Shown here: one piece after another, positions 1 through 12,159 of the stretch
Layout: each line of letters starts with the position of its first letter
Numbering within the stretch: the first letter of the stretch is position 1
From: Mobula hypostoma
Lineage: Eukaryota
Direction: 5' to 3'
Length of the DNA: 64,000 nucleotides
NCBI RefSeq assembly: GCF_963921235.1
Contig: NC_086108.1
Location: 25,482,001-25,546,000, forward strand
The notes under the pieces: model-generated
Databases searched by the model: none
The model's input: only the letters and a program-made list of their open reading frames with translations
Told to the model about the DNA's origin: nothing
Program-made: the position numbers and the translations under genes

Positions 1-653
1 ATTTGGTTCACCCAGTCTACATGTAGATTGAAGTCACCCATTATAACTGCTGTTCCTTTATTGCACACATTTCTAATTTCCTGTTTAATACCATCTCCGA
101 CCTCACTACTACTGTTAGGTGGCCTGTACACAACTCCCAGCAGCGTCTTCTGCCCCTTAGTGTTACGCAGCTCTACCCATATCGATTCCACATCTTCCCG
201 GCTTATGTCCTTCCTTTCTATTGCGTTAATCTCTTTTTTAACCAGCAACGCCACCCCACCTCCCCTTCCTTCGTGTCTATCCCTCCTGAATATTGAATAT
301 CCCTGAACGTTGAGCTCCCATCCCTGGTCACCCTGGAGCCATGTCTCTGTGATCCCAACTATATCATAATCATTAATAACAATCTGCACTTTCAATTCAT
401 CCACCTTATTACGAATGCTCCTTGCATTGACACATAAAGCCTTCAGGCGCTCTTTTACAACTCTCTTAGCCCTTTTTAATGCTTGCCCTGGATTTGTCGG
501 CCTGCCACTTTTACTTTTCCCCTTTGTACTTTTTGCTTCTACGCTCACTTTACACTCCTCTGTCTCTCTGCACTGGTTCCCATCCCTCTGTTGTGAACTA
601 ACCTCCTCACACCTAGCCGCTTTAATTTGATTCCCACCCCCCAACCATTCTAG
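1..653 (-). CDS. CR1 ORF2 N-terminus (APE endonuclease), partial; -1 frame relative to ORF1
   Basis: Manual translation gives ...LKALCVNARSIRNKVDEL...GITETWL...RGGGVALL...GVVYRPP...IMGDFNL. The frame is open from 653 to the window edge, and the first ATG is at 41-39. Confidence 0.88.
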
Positions 654-1411
654 TTTAAAGTCACCTCAGTAGCCCCCGCTAATCTCCCTGCCAGGATATT
701 GGTCCCCCTAGGATTTAAGTGTAACCCGTCCTTTTTGTACAGGTCACACCTACGCCAAAAGAGGTCCCAATGATCCAAAAACTTGAATCCCTGCCCCCTG
801 CTCCAATCCCTCAGCCACGCATTTATCCTCCACCTCATCGCATTCCTACTCTCACTGTCGCGTGGCACAGGCAGTAATCCCGAGATTACTACCTTTGCGG
901 TCCTTTTTCTCAACTCCCTTCCTAGCTCCTTATATTCTTCTTTCAGGACCTCATCCCTTTTCCTACCTATGTCATTGGTACCTATATGTACCAGGACCTC
1001 TGGCTCTTCACCCTCCCACTTCAGGATATCTTGGACACGATCAGAAATATCCCGGACCCTGGCACCAGGGAGGCAAACTACCATCCGAGTCTCTGGACTG
1101 CGTCCACAGAATCGCCTATCTGACCCCCTTACTATCGAGTCCCCTATCACAACTGCCCTCCTCTTCCTTGCCCTACCCTTCTGAGCTACAGGGCCAGACT
1201 CTGTGCCGGAGGCAGGGCCACTGTCGCTTCCCCCGGGTAAGCTGTCCCCCCCAACAGTACTCAAACAGGAGTACCTGTTGTTAAGGGGCACAGCCGCCGG
1301 GGTACTCCTCATCACCTGCCTTTTCCCCTTCCCTCTCCTAACCGTGACCCACTTGTCTGCCTCCCGTGGCCCCGGCGTGACCACCTGCCTTCCACTCCTC
1401 TCTATCACCTC
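650..1411 (-). CDS. CR1 ORF1, partial (SGNH/GDSL esterase domain)
   Basis: Motifs VIGDSIVRG, PGARV, HIGTND and DGLHLN. The N-terminal Zn-finger part is missing. The track's start at 1462 is a TTG in flanking DNA. Confidence 0.88.
   Translation of the reverse strand, partial: EVIERSGRQVVTPGPREADKWVTVRRGKGKRQVMRSTPAAVPLNNRYSCLSTVGGDSLPGGSDSGPASGTESGPVAQKGRARKRRAVVIGDSIVRGSDRRFCGRSPETRMVVCLPGARVRDISDRVQDILKWEGEEPEVLVHIGTNDIGRKRDEVLKEEYKELGRELRKRTAKVVISGLLPVPRDSESRNAMRWRINAWLRDWSRGQGFKFLDHWDLFWRRCDLYKKDGLHLNPRGTNILAGRLAGATEVTLN
653..659 (-). promoter_or_regulatory. Candidate -1 ribosomal frameshift slippery heptamer U_UUA_AAC
   Basis: ORF1 ends ACT TTA AAC TAG. The heptamer is in the correct X_XXY_YYZ phase, and a -1 slip enters ORF2. 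Confidence 0.6.
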
Positions 1412-2661
1412 CAGTGATAGTGGGAGCACTGGCTGTTTAGTGCCCCAGAGAGCATCTGACAAAATATTCTTGTGTTGAATATTATTCTTTAATATTTTTC
1501 AGAATAATAACCAGGTAAGATTTGATTAAATCAGCAGTAAATTGATTTATCCTTGATTTATTAGCTTTAATCACTGCGTCAAAACACCACCTGATCTTAC
1601 ATGACTGAACATGACATACAAAAAAATAGGAAGAAATATTCCTAGCTGTATTGGAATAGAGTTTTTTCTAACAATAATGGTGAACTCCAATATGTTCTGA
1701 AGCTTTTAGTATGTTATTTTTAATGGAAGTAGCTTTATTTTAAAGCCTCCTCAGAAAATGTGTGCAAACAGCAGGAAATCGGGATGATGATTAATCTGAT
1801 ATGGACCTACGATCAGTTTTGTCCGAAGATTCAGCTTCAATCTAGCTCTAAAATTTGCACTATATATGATTGCACTAAAATTACGCAAACCTTTGCAAAG
1901 TGGACACAAATTCAAGGAGAATGGCACTGAAAAAAATAATGCATTTGAGTGGAAACTCCAACTCACAATGTTTTGGTAAAGAAAAATGATGAGACACAGG
2001 GAGGAAAACAAATGTACCAGGTTTTCGGCCAAATTACCCTGGGCTAGGGAATATCATCCACCCACACTTACTGATTCTGGATGCTAATAGAAGAATTCAG
2101 ACTCCAGTCCTAAAGCTCTACCCCAACTCCACCCTTATGGCTTATGACAGCTTGCTGGCTGTGAAAGACTTTTCAACAGTTTTTTAAGATCTTGATGATA
2201 GAGACTTTAAAAATAGATACAATAGTTGTAAATAATTTATAAAAAGTAAAAATGTGAAAAATAGAAAATTCCTTTAACCTTTATTTGCCAATTGCACTTA
2301 TTTTCTGTAGCTAGAATGCTGAATTCTGCATAATATCAGCCTCTTTCCATCAATGCCAAATCCTGCTTAGTTAAATTATATTCCATAAGAGATTAAGTAA
2401 AAACTAGAAGTGCTGGAAATCCTCAAAAAAAAAATAACAGGCAGCACTAGTAGAGGGAAATACATAGGTAATGTTTCAGGTTGATGCTTTTCATCAGCTG
2501 AAGAAGCTTCAATTTTAAATCATTCTCGGACCAGAAATATAGATAGCTATCAAAAATTTCAAGTAGTGTTTAATTTGATGTAGGCCAGTGTCAGCTTTGT
2601 GGCGGGAACCAGTTTCAAGGGTATCATGTTTAAACCAATGCTGAGGATAACACTATACACA

Positions 2662-3615
2662 ATTTAGACAAGATGGGAGAATGCGATTGAAAGGAAAGTG
2701 ACCAGGGCTGAGCTTTGGAAAGCCGAGTCACACCGCATCCAATTTCTCATCCAGGCAGTGTACGATGTGCTTCCAAGCCCATCAAACCTGCACACATGGG
2801 GCAAGGCAGAGTCATCTGCGTGCCCACTGTGCTCCAAGCAAGGAACCCTGGAGCACATCCTCAGTGGCTGTGCAAGGGCACTTGGTGAAGGACGGTACTG
2901 ATGGAGACATGATCAGGTCCTGAAGACCATCGCCAAAGCTGTCAGTGCAGGCGTTGAGTGGGCGAAGCGGTCCCGACCCTCCAAGCAGGTCATTGCCTTT
3001 GTCAGAGCTGGGGAGCAGCCAGTACCCGCCAAAAGAACATCTGCAGGCATTCTGACCTCTGCAAGGGACTGGCAGTTGTTGGTGGACCTCGAACAGCAGC
3101 TGAAGTTCCCCAACCATATCGCAGCCACCACCCTGTGGCCAGACATTGTCCCTGTGTCTGAGTCTACTAAGCAAGTGGTGCTGCTGGAGCTGACAGTCCC
3201 ATGGGAAGATCGCTTGGAAGAGGCCTTTGAAAGGAAGCTCTCCAAGTACGCAGGACTGGTCAGCAACTGTCAGCAGGCTGGATGGAGAGCGAGGTGTCTC
3301 CCAGTGGAGGTTGGTTGTAGGGGATTCGTAGCCCGTTCTTTAGCCAGAGCCTTCAGCATTTTGGGCATCGAGGGAGAGAGGAAGAGGAGAGCCATTCGCA
3401 GTACCACCAATGCGGCAGAGAGGGCCTCAAGATGGCTGTGGCTCACAAGAGGGGAGCCATGGAGTCATAAGTAGCTAGCCATCTGGACACAAGCTGGGGT
3501 CTGATCAGCCCCGGATGGGTCACCTGGAGGAGGTTGTATGATGTTGAAAGACCCGAAACACCCGATGATTCCAGGATCATCATTGAAGGTGTGTCCAGGG
3601 ACATCAGTAGATGTA
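2662..3615 (+). mobile_element. 5'-truncated HERO/NeSL-like (R2-group) non-LTR retrotransposon with restriction-like endonuclease
   Basis: CPLC...TLEHILSGC zinc knuckle, WRHDQVL after a frameshift/stop, then PDIV...LLELTVPWE...KLSKY...VEVGCRGF, and a 3'UTR to about 3615. Possible imperfect TSD tatacaca/tgtacaca. Confidence 0.85.
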
Positions 3616-5539
3616 TGTACACAGCAGTTAAAATTACCCAAAAAATGTAATGATGACACAAACAGGATAGATACTTTGAGATGGAAATTTATAAGCAGGA
3701 ATCATTAGCCCTAATTCTCACCACATATATGCCGCCTGATCTTATAAAAATGTATTTCCAACATTTTCTGTTTTTATTCAAACTCCAGCACCTGCAGATG
3801 TTTTTACTTGCTTTTCAATCTCTTTGTTGTGTAGTCTAAAATGCAGAACCAATCTGCCTTAGAACTGTCATTTGGAGAATTTTATTCAATGACAGCTTCA
3901 ATTAGAGGAATATTAGTCATAATGGTGGCAGAGTTTTGTGAGGACAGATGATGCTAAATGGTTTCCTTTCCAACTGAGTGCTCAGAAAGATCCTTTTATG
4001 TTAAAACTATTGACATGGCCAGAACCATTCTGGCTGATAACTATAAAGCTCGGAAAGTGGGCAGCAATGCAAACCTGAGGATGAACTGATGTTTCTGATC
4101 GTCTATTCTACTGTTGGACTCATCCAGTAGACTAGTAGCAGGTTGGAGAGGGAAGCTGGTTGCAAAGTACACTCCGCCCTCCATTTTATGCCATGCAAGG
4201 CCGGTGTACAAAATAATTTGTTCAAATGATGCCTTGGATAAAATTATGGCCAAGCTTATTCATTTCACCTTATTTTAATATTTTAATTTTTTTTGAGGGA
4301 TCAAAGTCAAACACCATAAGGCCATATGACCATGAGACCATAAGGCAAAGGAGTAGAATTAGGCCATTCCAGCATTCAATCATGGCTGATCCTTTGTTTC
4401 CCTCCTCGGTCAAAGTCGAGTTTTTAGTCATGTATAAGTACATGTATGCACAAGTGCAATGAGAAACCTACTTGTAGCAGCATCACAGGAATATAGCATA
4501 AAATATGCAGCATTCACAAGGAAAACACAAATGAAACATAAATTATGCCCAACCTTTACAGGAAAGAACATAATTAGAGCGAAAACGATGTCAAAGTGCA
4601 AAATTCAAAGTACATTTATTATCAAAGTATGCATGCTGTATGTAACCTTGTGATCCATTTCTACATAGGCAGCTTCAAAACGAAGAAACCAAATAGAACC
4701 CATTAATAATGAAGACTGTCAAATGCCCAATGTGCAAAATGAAAGAGCAAATCAGGCAAACAATAAAAAGTAAGCAAATAGAATTCAGAATTAAAGTTCA
4801 TGAAAGTGAGTTCACAGCCACGAAGCCAGTCAACACTGCAGCTGGTCCATGAGCTCATTACTTGCAGGCCACACTCTCAGTTCAGTACTGCAATGAGCAA
4901 GCTGGACGTGCCCATCCCTCATCTCTGGCCCTAACACTTCGACCTTTTCAATCTGGCCCAGCGCTTACATCTGTCAAACATCAGGCCAATCCTCGCTGTC
5001 GGACCTGATGCCTGCCGTTTCGATACACTTTCAGACCCGGGCCCTGTCGCTTTGCTGCGCTCTCAGACTGGGTCCTGCTGCCTCAGTTTGGCCTGTACCA
5101 TTGCAATCTGGCTCGGTGCTAAAATCAGTCAAGAACTGGCTTTTTCCTCACTCTTGGACCCCGGTCCTGCTGCTTCAACTTTGTCTCACCTCAGCTCTGT
5201 TCCAATGCTTGGAATCAGCTCTAAGACTGTTCCAGAAATGGCCAAAAACTAGCTCATTTCTCGCTCTCAAACCCAGGCCGCACCACCCCAATTCAGCCTG
5301 TACACGCCATGCTACAGCCATCATGCACCGTCCAGACTTCAGTTAACACTGCAAAAATGACAGGTCATACAGGCAGTTCAAAAGATCAACTTTGAAAGGG
5401 AAATTACAGGCTATTAAATGCAGTGATCTTTCTCCAGTGCAAGTGTGGTTATTAAAGTATTTAGCAGTTTTGTGTTCATTTCCATGCAAATTGATCTAAG
5501 TGGTCAGAAGTGCTACTCACTGTAGTGTCATTTGCTTCA

Positions 5540-6650
5540 AGAATCCAGAGACTGAATCTGGACCTGACTGAATATGGCACACCTGCCACTGATTTCATCA
5601 AGACCTGGTGGATAAGTGTGTGACTTTGAGAACATACAGAGTCTTCCCAAATCAGAGCCCTGGATGATCCACAAGATTCACAGTCTCCTGAGGGTTAGAT
5701 CGGCAGGGTTCAAGATTGGCGATCCAAAAACCCTACAAGGAATTCAGGTGCAACTTACAGAAGGTCATTGTAAGAGTGAAAGGGCAATTCTGTGTGACAT
5801 TATAGATACACAACACTTAAATCTGACTTGAATTCCACCCTGGTGCCCTCTCTTCCAGTGATGGCTTACCTACGTCTATTTCAAGGTGCCATACCTGCAT
5901 TTCTGAGGGTCAGGTTTGTAGAGTCCTTCAGGAGGTCATAAAATCATTACTTCGTCTGGACAGTTAAAAATTACATTTCTTAAAAGGAGACTACAAGCTA
6001 TGGATTACAGCAATCATAGGTCAGAAGTATACCTGGTAGAATATCTTGTAGTTTTGTGATCTGCCTGCAAAACTTCACCATGCATCATACAGAGCCCATA
6101 GAAGTTATCTGGCCCAGACAAGGTACATCACCGAGTACTGAAGACTCGTGCTCATCAACAAGCTGGAATATTTACTGGCATCTTTAACCTCTTGCTTTGG
6201 CAGTCTAAGATACTCATCTGCTTCAAGCAGGTGTACAATTATACCAGGGCCGAAGAAGATTAGGATAACCTGCCTCAGTGACTTTTGTCCAGGGGCTTTT
6301 ACATCCATGGTGATGAAGTGCTTTGAGAGCTAGGTTATGAAACATATCAACTCCTGCCTGAGAAGCGAATGGGTCCACTTTGATTTGCCTACTGGCACAA
6401 CAGATCAACGGTAGATGCCATCTCATTGGCTCTTCACTCAACCCTGGAACATCTGAATGGCAAAGATGCATGTATTAGGATGCTCTTTGTTGACTACAGC
6501 TCAGCATTCAATACCATCATCCCCTCAAAACTAATCAATAAGCCCTCGGCCTCAATACCTCCTTGAGCAATTGGATTCTCTATTTCCTCATTTGCAGACC
6601 CCAGTCAACAACATCGCCTCCACAATTACATCAGCACAGGTGCATCAGCA
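5540..6650 (+). mobile_element. Degenerate Rex1/Babar LINE fragment
   Basis: Remnants resembling FPNQ.PW, MKCFE and [19 protein letters not shown]. Similar to the element at 35478-38668. Confidence 0.7.
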
Positions 6651-6879
6651 AGGTTCAACCAAAAACCAACTTACTGATTAACACTGTAACAGTGGCATTA
6701 AGAAAAACTAGATTTAAAGTGCATATCCTAATTTGTGAAAAATGGATTGGTAACAAACTACTCCATGTCTGGGGCAAGATAGTGTGATATATTTACTGTG
6801 CTCTTTTTTATTCAAAACTAAAGTATCAAAAATGGTACCATCAGCTACATTATAACTGCCATGCCATGAATCCCTTTGA

Positions 6880-9052
6880 TAGAGTTCCAACATGGATGTG
6901 GAAGGGACAAAATCAGAGCAGTCAGGTCTCTGGCACTGAGTCTGCCTCTGTGATTCAGAAGGGAAGTGGGGAGAAGAGGCATGCTGTAGTAATAGGGGAT
7001 TCGTTAGTTAGGGGAATAGGAAGGAGGCTCTTTAGATGAGAACAAAATTCCCTGATAGTGCCTTCTGGGTGCCAGAGCCAGGAACATCTTGATTTGAGTC
7101 ATCAGCATCCTAAAGTGACAGTGAGCGGCCAGAGGTCGTAGTCCATGTTGGTGCGATACTAGATGTCCTATAGGGAAAGAGACAGGGCAGGTGACACTAG
7201 TTTTTGAAGGGGTACACTTTGTATCTAGTGATCATAATGCCATTGGTTTCAAGGCATTTATGGAAAGGGGTAGGTCTGGTCCTTGGGCCAAGATTCTAAA
7301 TTCTAAAGAAGATATTTTTAAGTCAAGGGATAAATTGGTCCTGTGGAAAATCAGAGTGGTAATCTATGTGTGGAGCTGAGAGAAACGAGGGGGAACTTAA
7401 GTACATTTTTTGCATCTTATTTACTTGGGAGATGGACAAAGAGTCTGTAGAAGTGATGCAAAGCAGCAGCAAGGTCATGGACCCTATACAGATTATAGAG
7501 GAAGTGTTTGCTGTCTTGAGGGAAATTAGGGTAGATGAATGCCCGGGACCTGATATGGTGTCCCCTCAGCGCCTGTAGGAGGGTAGTGCAGAAATTGCAG
7601 GGCCCCTAGCAGAGATAGCCATAGGTGAGGTGCTGGAGGATTGGAGCATAGCTAATGTTGTTCTGTTGTTTAAAAAAGGCTCAAAGAATAAGCCAGGAAA
7701 TTATAGGCCGGTGAACCTGGCATCAGTGGTGGGAAGGTGTTCTAAGGGACCAGATCCATAAGTATTCGGATATACAGGGACTGATTCAGGGTATGGTAGG
7801 GCTTTGTGTATGGTAGGTTGTGTCTAAACATTCTGATTACTTTTCGATAAAGTTGCCAGGAAAGTTCATGAAGGCAAGTCAGTGGATGTTGTCTACATGG
7901 AGTTTATCAAGGCCTTGGACAAAGTCCCGCATGGAAGGTTGATCAAGAAGGTTCAGTTGCTTGGCATATATGATGAGGTAGTAAATTGGATTAAACATTG
8001 ATGTCACAGGATAAGCCGGAGAGAGGTAACAGATGGTTGCCTCTAAGACAGGAGGCCTGTGACTAATAGTGTGCTATAGGGACAGTGCTGGCTCCATTGT
8101 TGTTTGTTGTCTATATCAATGATATGGATGATAATGTGGTAAACTGCATAAGGAAATTTGTGAATGACACCAAGATTGGGGGTGTAGTGGACAGGGAAGA
8201 AGAACATCAAAGCTTGCGGTGGGATCTGGACCAGCTGGAAAAATGTTCTGAAAAAGGCAGGTGGAATTTAATGCAAACAAGTGTGAGGTGTTGTACTTTG
8301 GGACAATGCAACCTGGGTAGGACTTACTCAGTGAGCAGCCGGGCATTGAGTAGTATTGTAGAACAGAGGGATCTGGGACTACAGATCCATAATTCCTAGA
8401 AAGTGGTGTCACAGGTAGAGAGGGTTGTAAAGAAAGCTTTAGGTACATTGCCCCCCATAAATCAATGTATTGAGTACAGGGGTTGGGATGTTATGTTGAA
8501 ATTGTATAAGACTTTGGTGAGGCCTAATTTGGAGTATGGTATGCAGTTTTGATCACCTACCCACAGGAAGAATGAAAACACCATTGAAGGAGTGCAGAGA
8601 AAATTTACAAGGATGTTGCCAAGACTTGAGTTTTAAAAAAGGTTGAATAGATTAGGACTTTATTCCATGGAATGTAAAAGATTAAGGGGAGATTTGATAG
8701 AGGTATACAAATTTACGAGGGGTGTAGATAGGGTAAATGCAGGCAGGCTTTTTCCACTGAGGTTGGGTGAGACAATGACTAGAGGTCACGGGCTAAGGGT
8801 GAAAGGTGAAATGTTTAAGCTGAACGTCTTCACTCAGAGAGTGGTGAGAGTGTGGAACAAGTTGTCAGCTTGTGGTGGATGCAAGTTCAATTTCAACACT
8901 TAAGAGAAATTTGGATAGGTACATGGATGGGAGGGGTATGGAGGGATATGATACAGGTGCAGGTCAATGCAGGTTGATTAATATTTTGGCACAAAATAAA
9001 TGGGCAGAATGTTCTATCTCTATGTTGTAGTGTCCTATGACTCTATGACTCT
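6880..9052 (+). mobile_element. Degenerate, internally deleted CR1 LINE
   Basis: Esterase remnant near 6990-7150, RT motifs (LLFVVYINDMD, KFVNDTKIGG), a CR1-type C-terminus, and a (TATGACTC)n tail at about 9036-9052. Confidence 0.85.
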
Positions 9053-11439
9053 GACAATATTCCTTCAATTGTCAAGGTTCTTGTTTTGCATTTTAATAGA
9101 TTCATTCTATCATTCTATCACAGATGTGTTGGCAGGATCTCCAGTCATACCAAGAAACACTCTTATTTTTCCCTGCCAGCTTCCTTCCTTCTTTTTGTTC
9201 AAATGGGTCTCAGTGGTGAGGTTATCCTGTGTTTTGCCCAAATTACCATTGCTCACCTGTAAGCGTTGGCTGCTAGCTTTGGCATGTGAGTTCGGTTTGA
9301 GAGCACAAATAGACAAGTCACATCCTGCTCTTAAATAACACCTGGGCCTGATACTTCAAACCTCAAGGTAGTATCAACTCAACCTACATTTAGCACGGTG
9401 GTGGTGGAACCGAAAACCTTTCTGCTGTGCAGGCTTAACTAGTTGACAGGTATAGGGTAGATTGCAGGACACTTTTTTTCTCCCCATAAGAGCGTTACAT
9501 AAAACTAGTGGACTTAGATTTAAGGAAGGCGTTAGAGATTTAAAGGGAATCTGAGGGGGGGACATTTTTTTCCTCTAGAGAGTGGTGAGTTGGTGGAATA
9601 CACTACCAGAGAGAGTGGTGGAAGCAGAATCTCTGACGGCATTTAAGAAGAATCGAGATGAACACTTGAATCACTCAGGTACGGAAGGCTGTGGGCCAAG
9701 TGCTGGAAGATGGGAATAATGCAGAAGAGGGCTTATTATTTGGTCAGAATGTGGTGGCCCAAATGGCCTGTTTCCATGTTGATTAATTCTTCTGGCTCCA
9801 TAATTAAACCTAGCTCTACTGTAGGGAAGAACATATTAACTGAGGTTTGACGTAGAATTAATACCAAGACTTCCTATGCTCATAAATGCTGACAGCTGGA
9901 TAAGGCGGTATCTATGATACTATTCCATTGCTGAGGGGTTTACATTATTTTTCCCCTATCTGCCTCAGAGATTGTCTTCTATCAGAGAATATAATTCCGG
10001 GACAGATGAGGGCTTGCTAGATGGAAAGATCAAGGTTTTGTGAATCAGCGTTATAATGCTTCCAGAATGACTAGATGAAGTTCTTGACCAGTTACTTCAG
10101 ACCTCACTTTACCCTCCTTAGCTTATCACTGAGGTGTGTCCATCCCATCTGTCACGCCATCAGCAGCATGGGGATGCTTTGTGTCCCTGTTCGTGTGACA
10201 ATCTCAGTGTCTGAGACCTTAACATACCTTCATAAGTTCACATTAAAGGGCTCCTCTTTTTACTCAGAGGATTGTCACTGTATAACTGAAGTTCCAGATG
10301 AAGTGGTTAATGCAGGTACCTTAAAAACTTTAAAAAAACTAAGACAGGGACGTACTGTAGATAAGAAAAGTTTAGAGCGATTTGGGCCAAATGCTGGCAA
10401 GCAGGACTAAACTCAGGTAGGAATCTTGGTCTGCATGAACCTGTTGGCCTGAAGGACCTATTTCTGTGATATGACTCCTTTGTCGCATGGTGGTTTCAAT
10501 TTCACATGCTGACATCAGGGCTGACCACACAATAGCTTTGTAGATGTTCATTACTTACTTGTTTACCTTGGTGCTTTGATTTGGAATTGTTATAAAAATC
10601 CATTAGAGTAAGTTGTTGGCGTGACCAAAGCATGATTCCTGATCCATGGCTAGCTGGTGGCCTCTTGGTTTCCTTCCAAACAGTTCAAAGGTCAATACTG
10701 GCAACTGGTGTACCCAGTACAGCTTGGCTTCAGTAAAACTTTCTAAGGAGCAGGTAAATATGACTTCACAATTACTGTCAATCAGTCTCAGGTGGTACTC
10801 GCACAATGCATGCTAATAAGCACAATTGGGACTAGTGAGATAAAAATTGGGGTTCATGAGCAAGCCACACTAACACAAGGGTCTCTTACATGCTGTGATT
10901 TCAGTGCAATCACATACTTAGGTTAGTGAATTGATTCACGTAAGGGAAAGGTGGGCACACAAGTGAGAAAAAAATTGAGGGAATAAGTTTAGGTAATGTA
11001 GTAGGCAGAGAGGTCTGTGTAAAACATAAACTGCCACAGACCTAATGCACCAAAAGAAGTGGATCAGTGATGGAAATGCCATGTAATTTTCATGTAAATT
11101 GGTAGTCATATTCCAGCCCAAATGTGGCATTTATTAGCAATGCACAACTGGGTATGGATCTGGAAACACTAATCCCAGCTCTTTTGTAATCAGGGTGGAA
11201 AATACTCCCCCCTCCTGACTATATTCAGTTCCTGGATACAATAAACTTTTAAAAAATATTATCTTTCCCTAATTCACTAAGAATTTCATTAATTTGACAG
11301 TGAATTGCTTCTTCTGCATGTATTTATATTTCAAACATATGGCACATTAATTATAGATTTTTTTAACAGATGATTCCTTCCGAAGCAGGTAACAGATGTC
11401 TTGCTTCCATTATTTCTCACACTTCCTCATGAAAGGAAA

Positions 11440-11705
11440 GGAAGCCATTCAACCCACTAAGTTTATGCCAGTCCTCAGGCAATCCCATTTCCCCAGTTTA
11501 CCTACCTGTAATCTATTCTCTCTCACTTGCTCATCAGCTCCACTTTATTCCTGCCTGTTGTCCATCTACCTATCTCCCCCTGTTAGCTTATTAACATACC
11601 AACACATATAACTTTGGCATGTGGAGGGAAACCGGAGCACCCAGGAAAAATTCCATAAAGGGAATCTACAAACTCCCTACAGATTGAACCTGAGGCATTG
11701 GAGAT
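11440..11705 (-). mobile_element. V-SINE / HE1-like SINE
   Basis: Reverse complement of the V-core GGGTGCTCCGGTTTCCTCCCACATGCCAAAG, plus a CR1-like tail. Confidence 0.6.
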
Positions 11706-11706
11706 G

Positions 11707-12159
11707 CGAGGGGTGATTGATAAGTTTGTGGCCTAAGGTAGAAGGAGTCAATTTTAGAAAACCTAGCACATTTATTTTTCAACATAATCCCCTCCTATCC
11801 ACACTTCCACACTTAGTCCAGCGATCATGGAGCATATGACCTAAGGTGGAAGGAGATGAGTTATTAACTTCAAACTTTCTGCATAATCACTCAAAGAATT
11901 GAACTGCACATGTATGTAACAAAAGCTGTATAACTCATCTCCTTCTACCTTAGGCCACAAACTTATCAATCACCCTTGCTGTGGACTACTTTCTGGAGGT
12001 CAAAGGTGCCGACTTCTACAAAGAAGGGATCCATATGCTCCATGACCAGTGGACTAAGTGTGTAAATGTAGGAGGAGACTATGTTGAAAAGAAAATGTGC
12101 TAGGTTTTCTAAAATTGACTCCTTCTACCTTAGGCCACAAACTTATCAATCACCCCTCA
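11707..12159. mobile_element. Mariner-derived palindromic MITE
   Basis: Long TIRs (CGAGGGGTGATTGATAAGTTTGTGGCCTAAGG...), flanked by TG and TA. The right arm encodes a mariner C-terminus, DFYKEGIHMLHDQWTKCVNVGGDYVEK. Confidence 0.85.

Larger units (their letters stand above)
1..1411 (-). mobile_element. CR1-clade LINE, young copy; 5'-truncated within ORF1 and running off the window start
   Basis: The minus strand encodes an SGNH-esterase ORF1 followed by an APE endonuclease, with no stops in either visible frame. It is homologous to the CR1 at 14088-19260. Confidence 0.93.

Noticed and set aside
650..1462. 270-aa ORF as a domesticated esterase gene
   Set aside because: The start is a TTG in flanking DNA, and the rest is ordinary CR1 ORF1 still attached to ORF2.
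783..1478. Plus-strand ORFs opposite CR1 ORF1, and similar short antisense ORFs throughout the window
   Set aside because: They are shadow frames of TE coding sequence with no independent motifs.
1750..2160. Possible coding exon in non-repeat DNA
   Set aside because: There is no long open frame with convincing splice sites and no recognisable protein motif.
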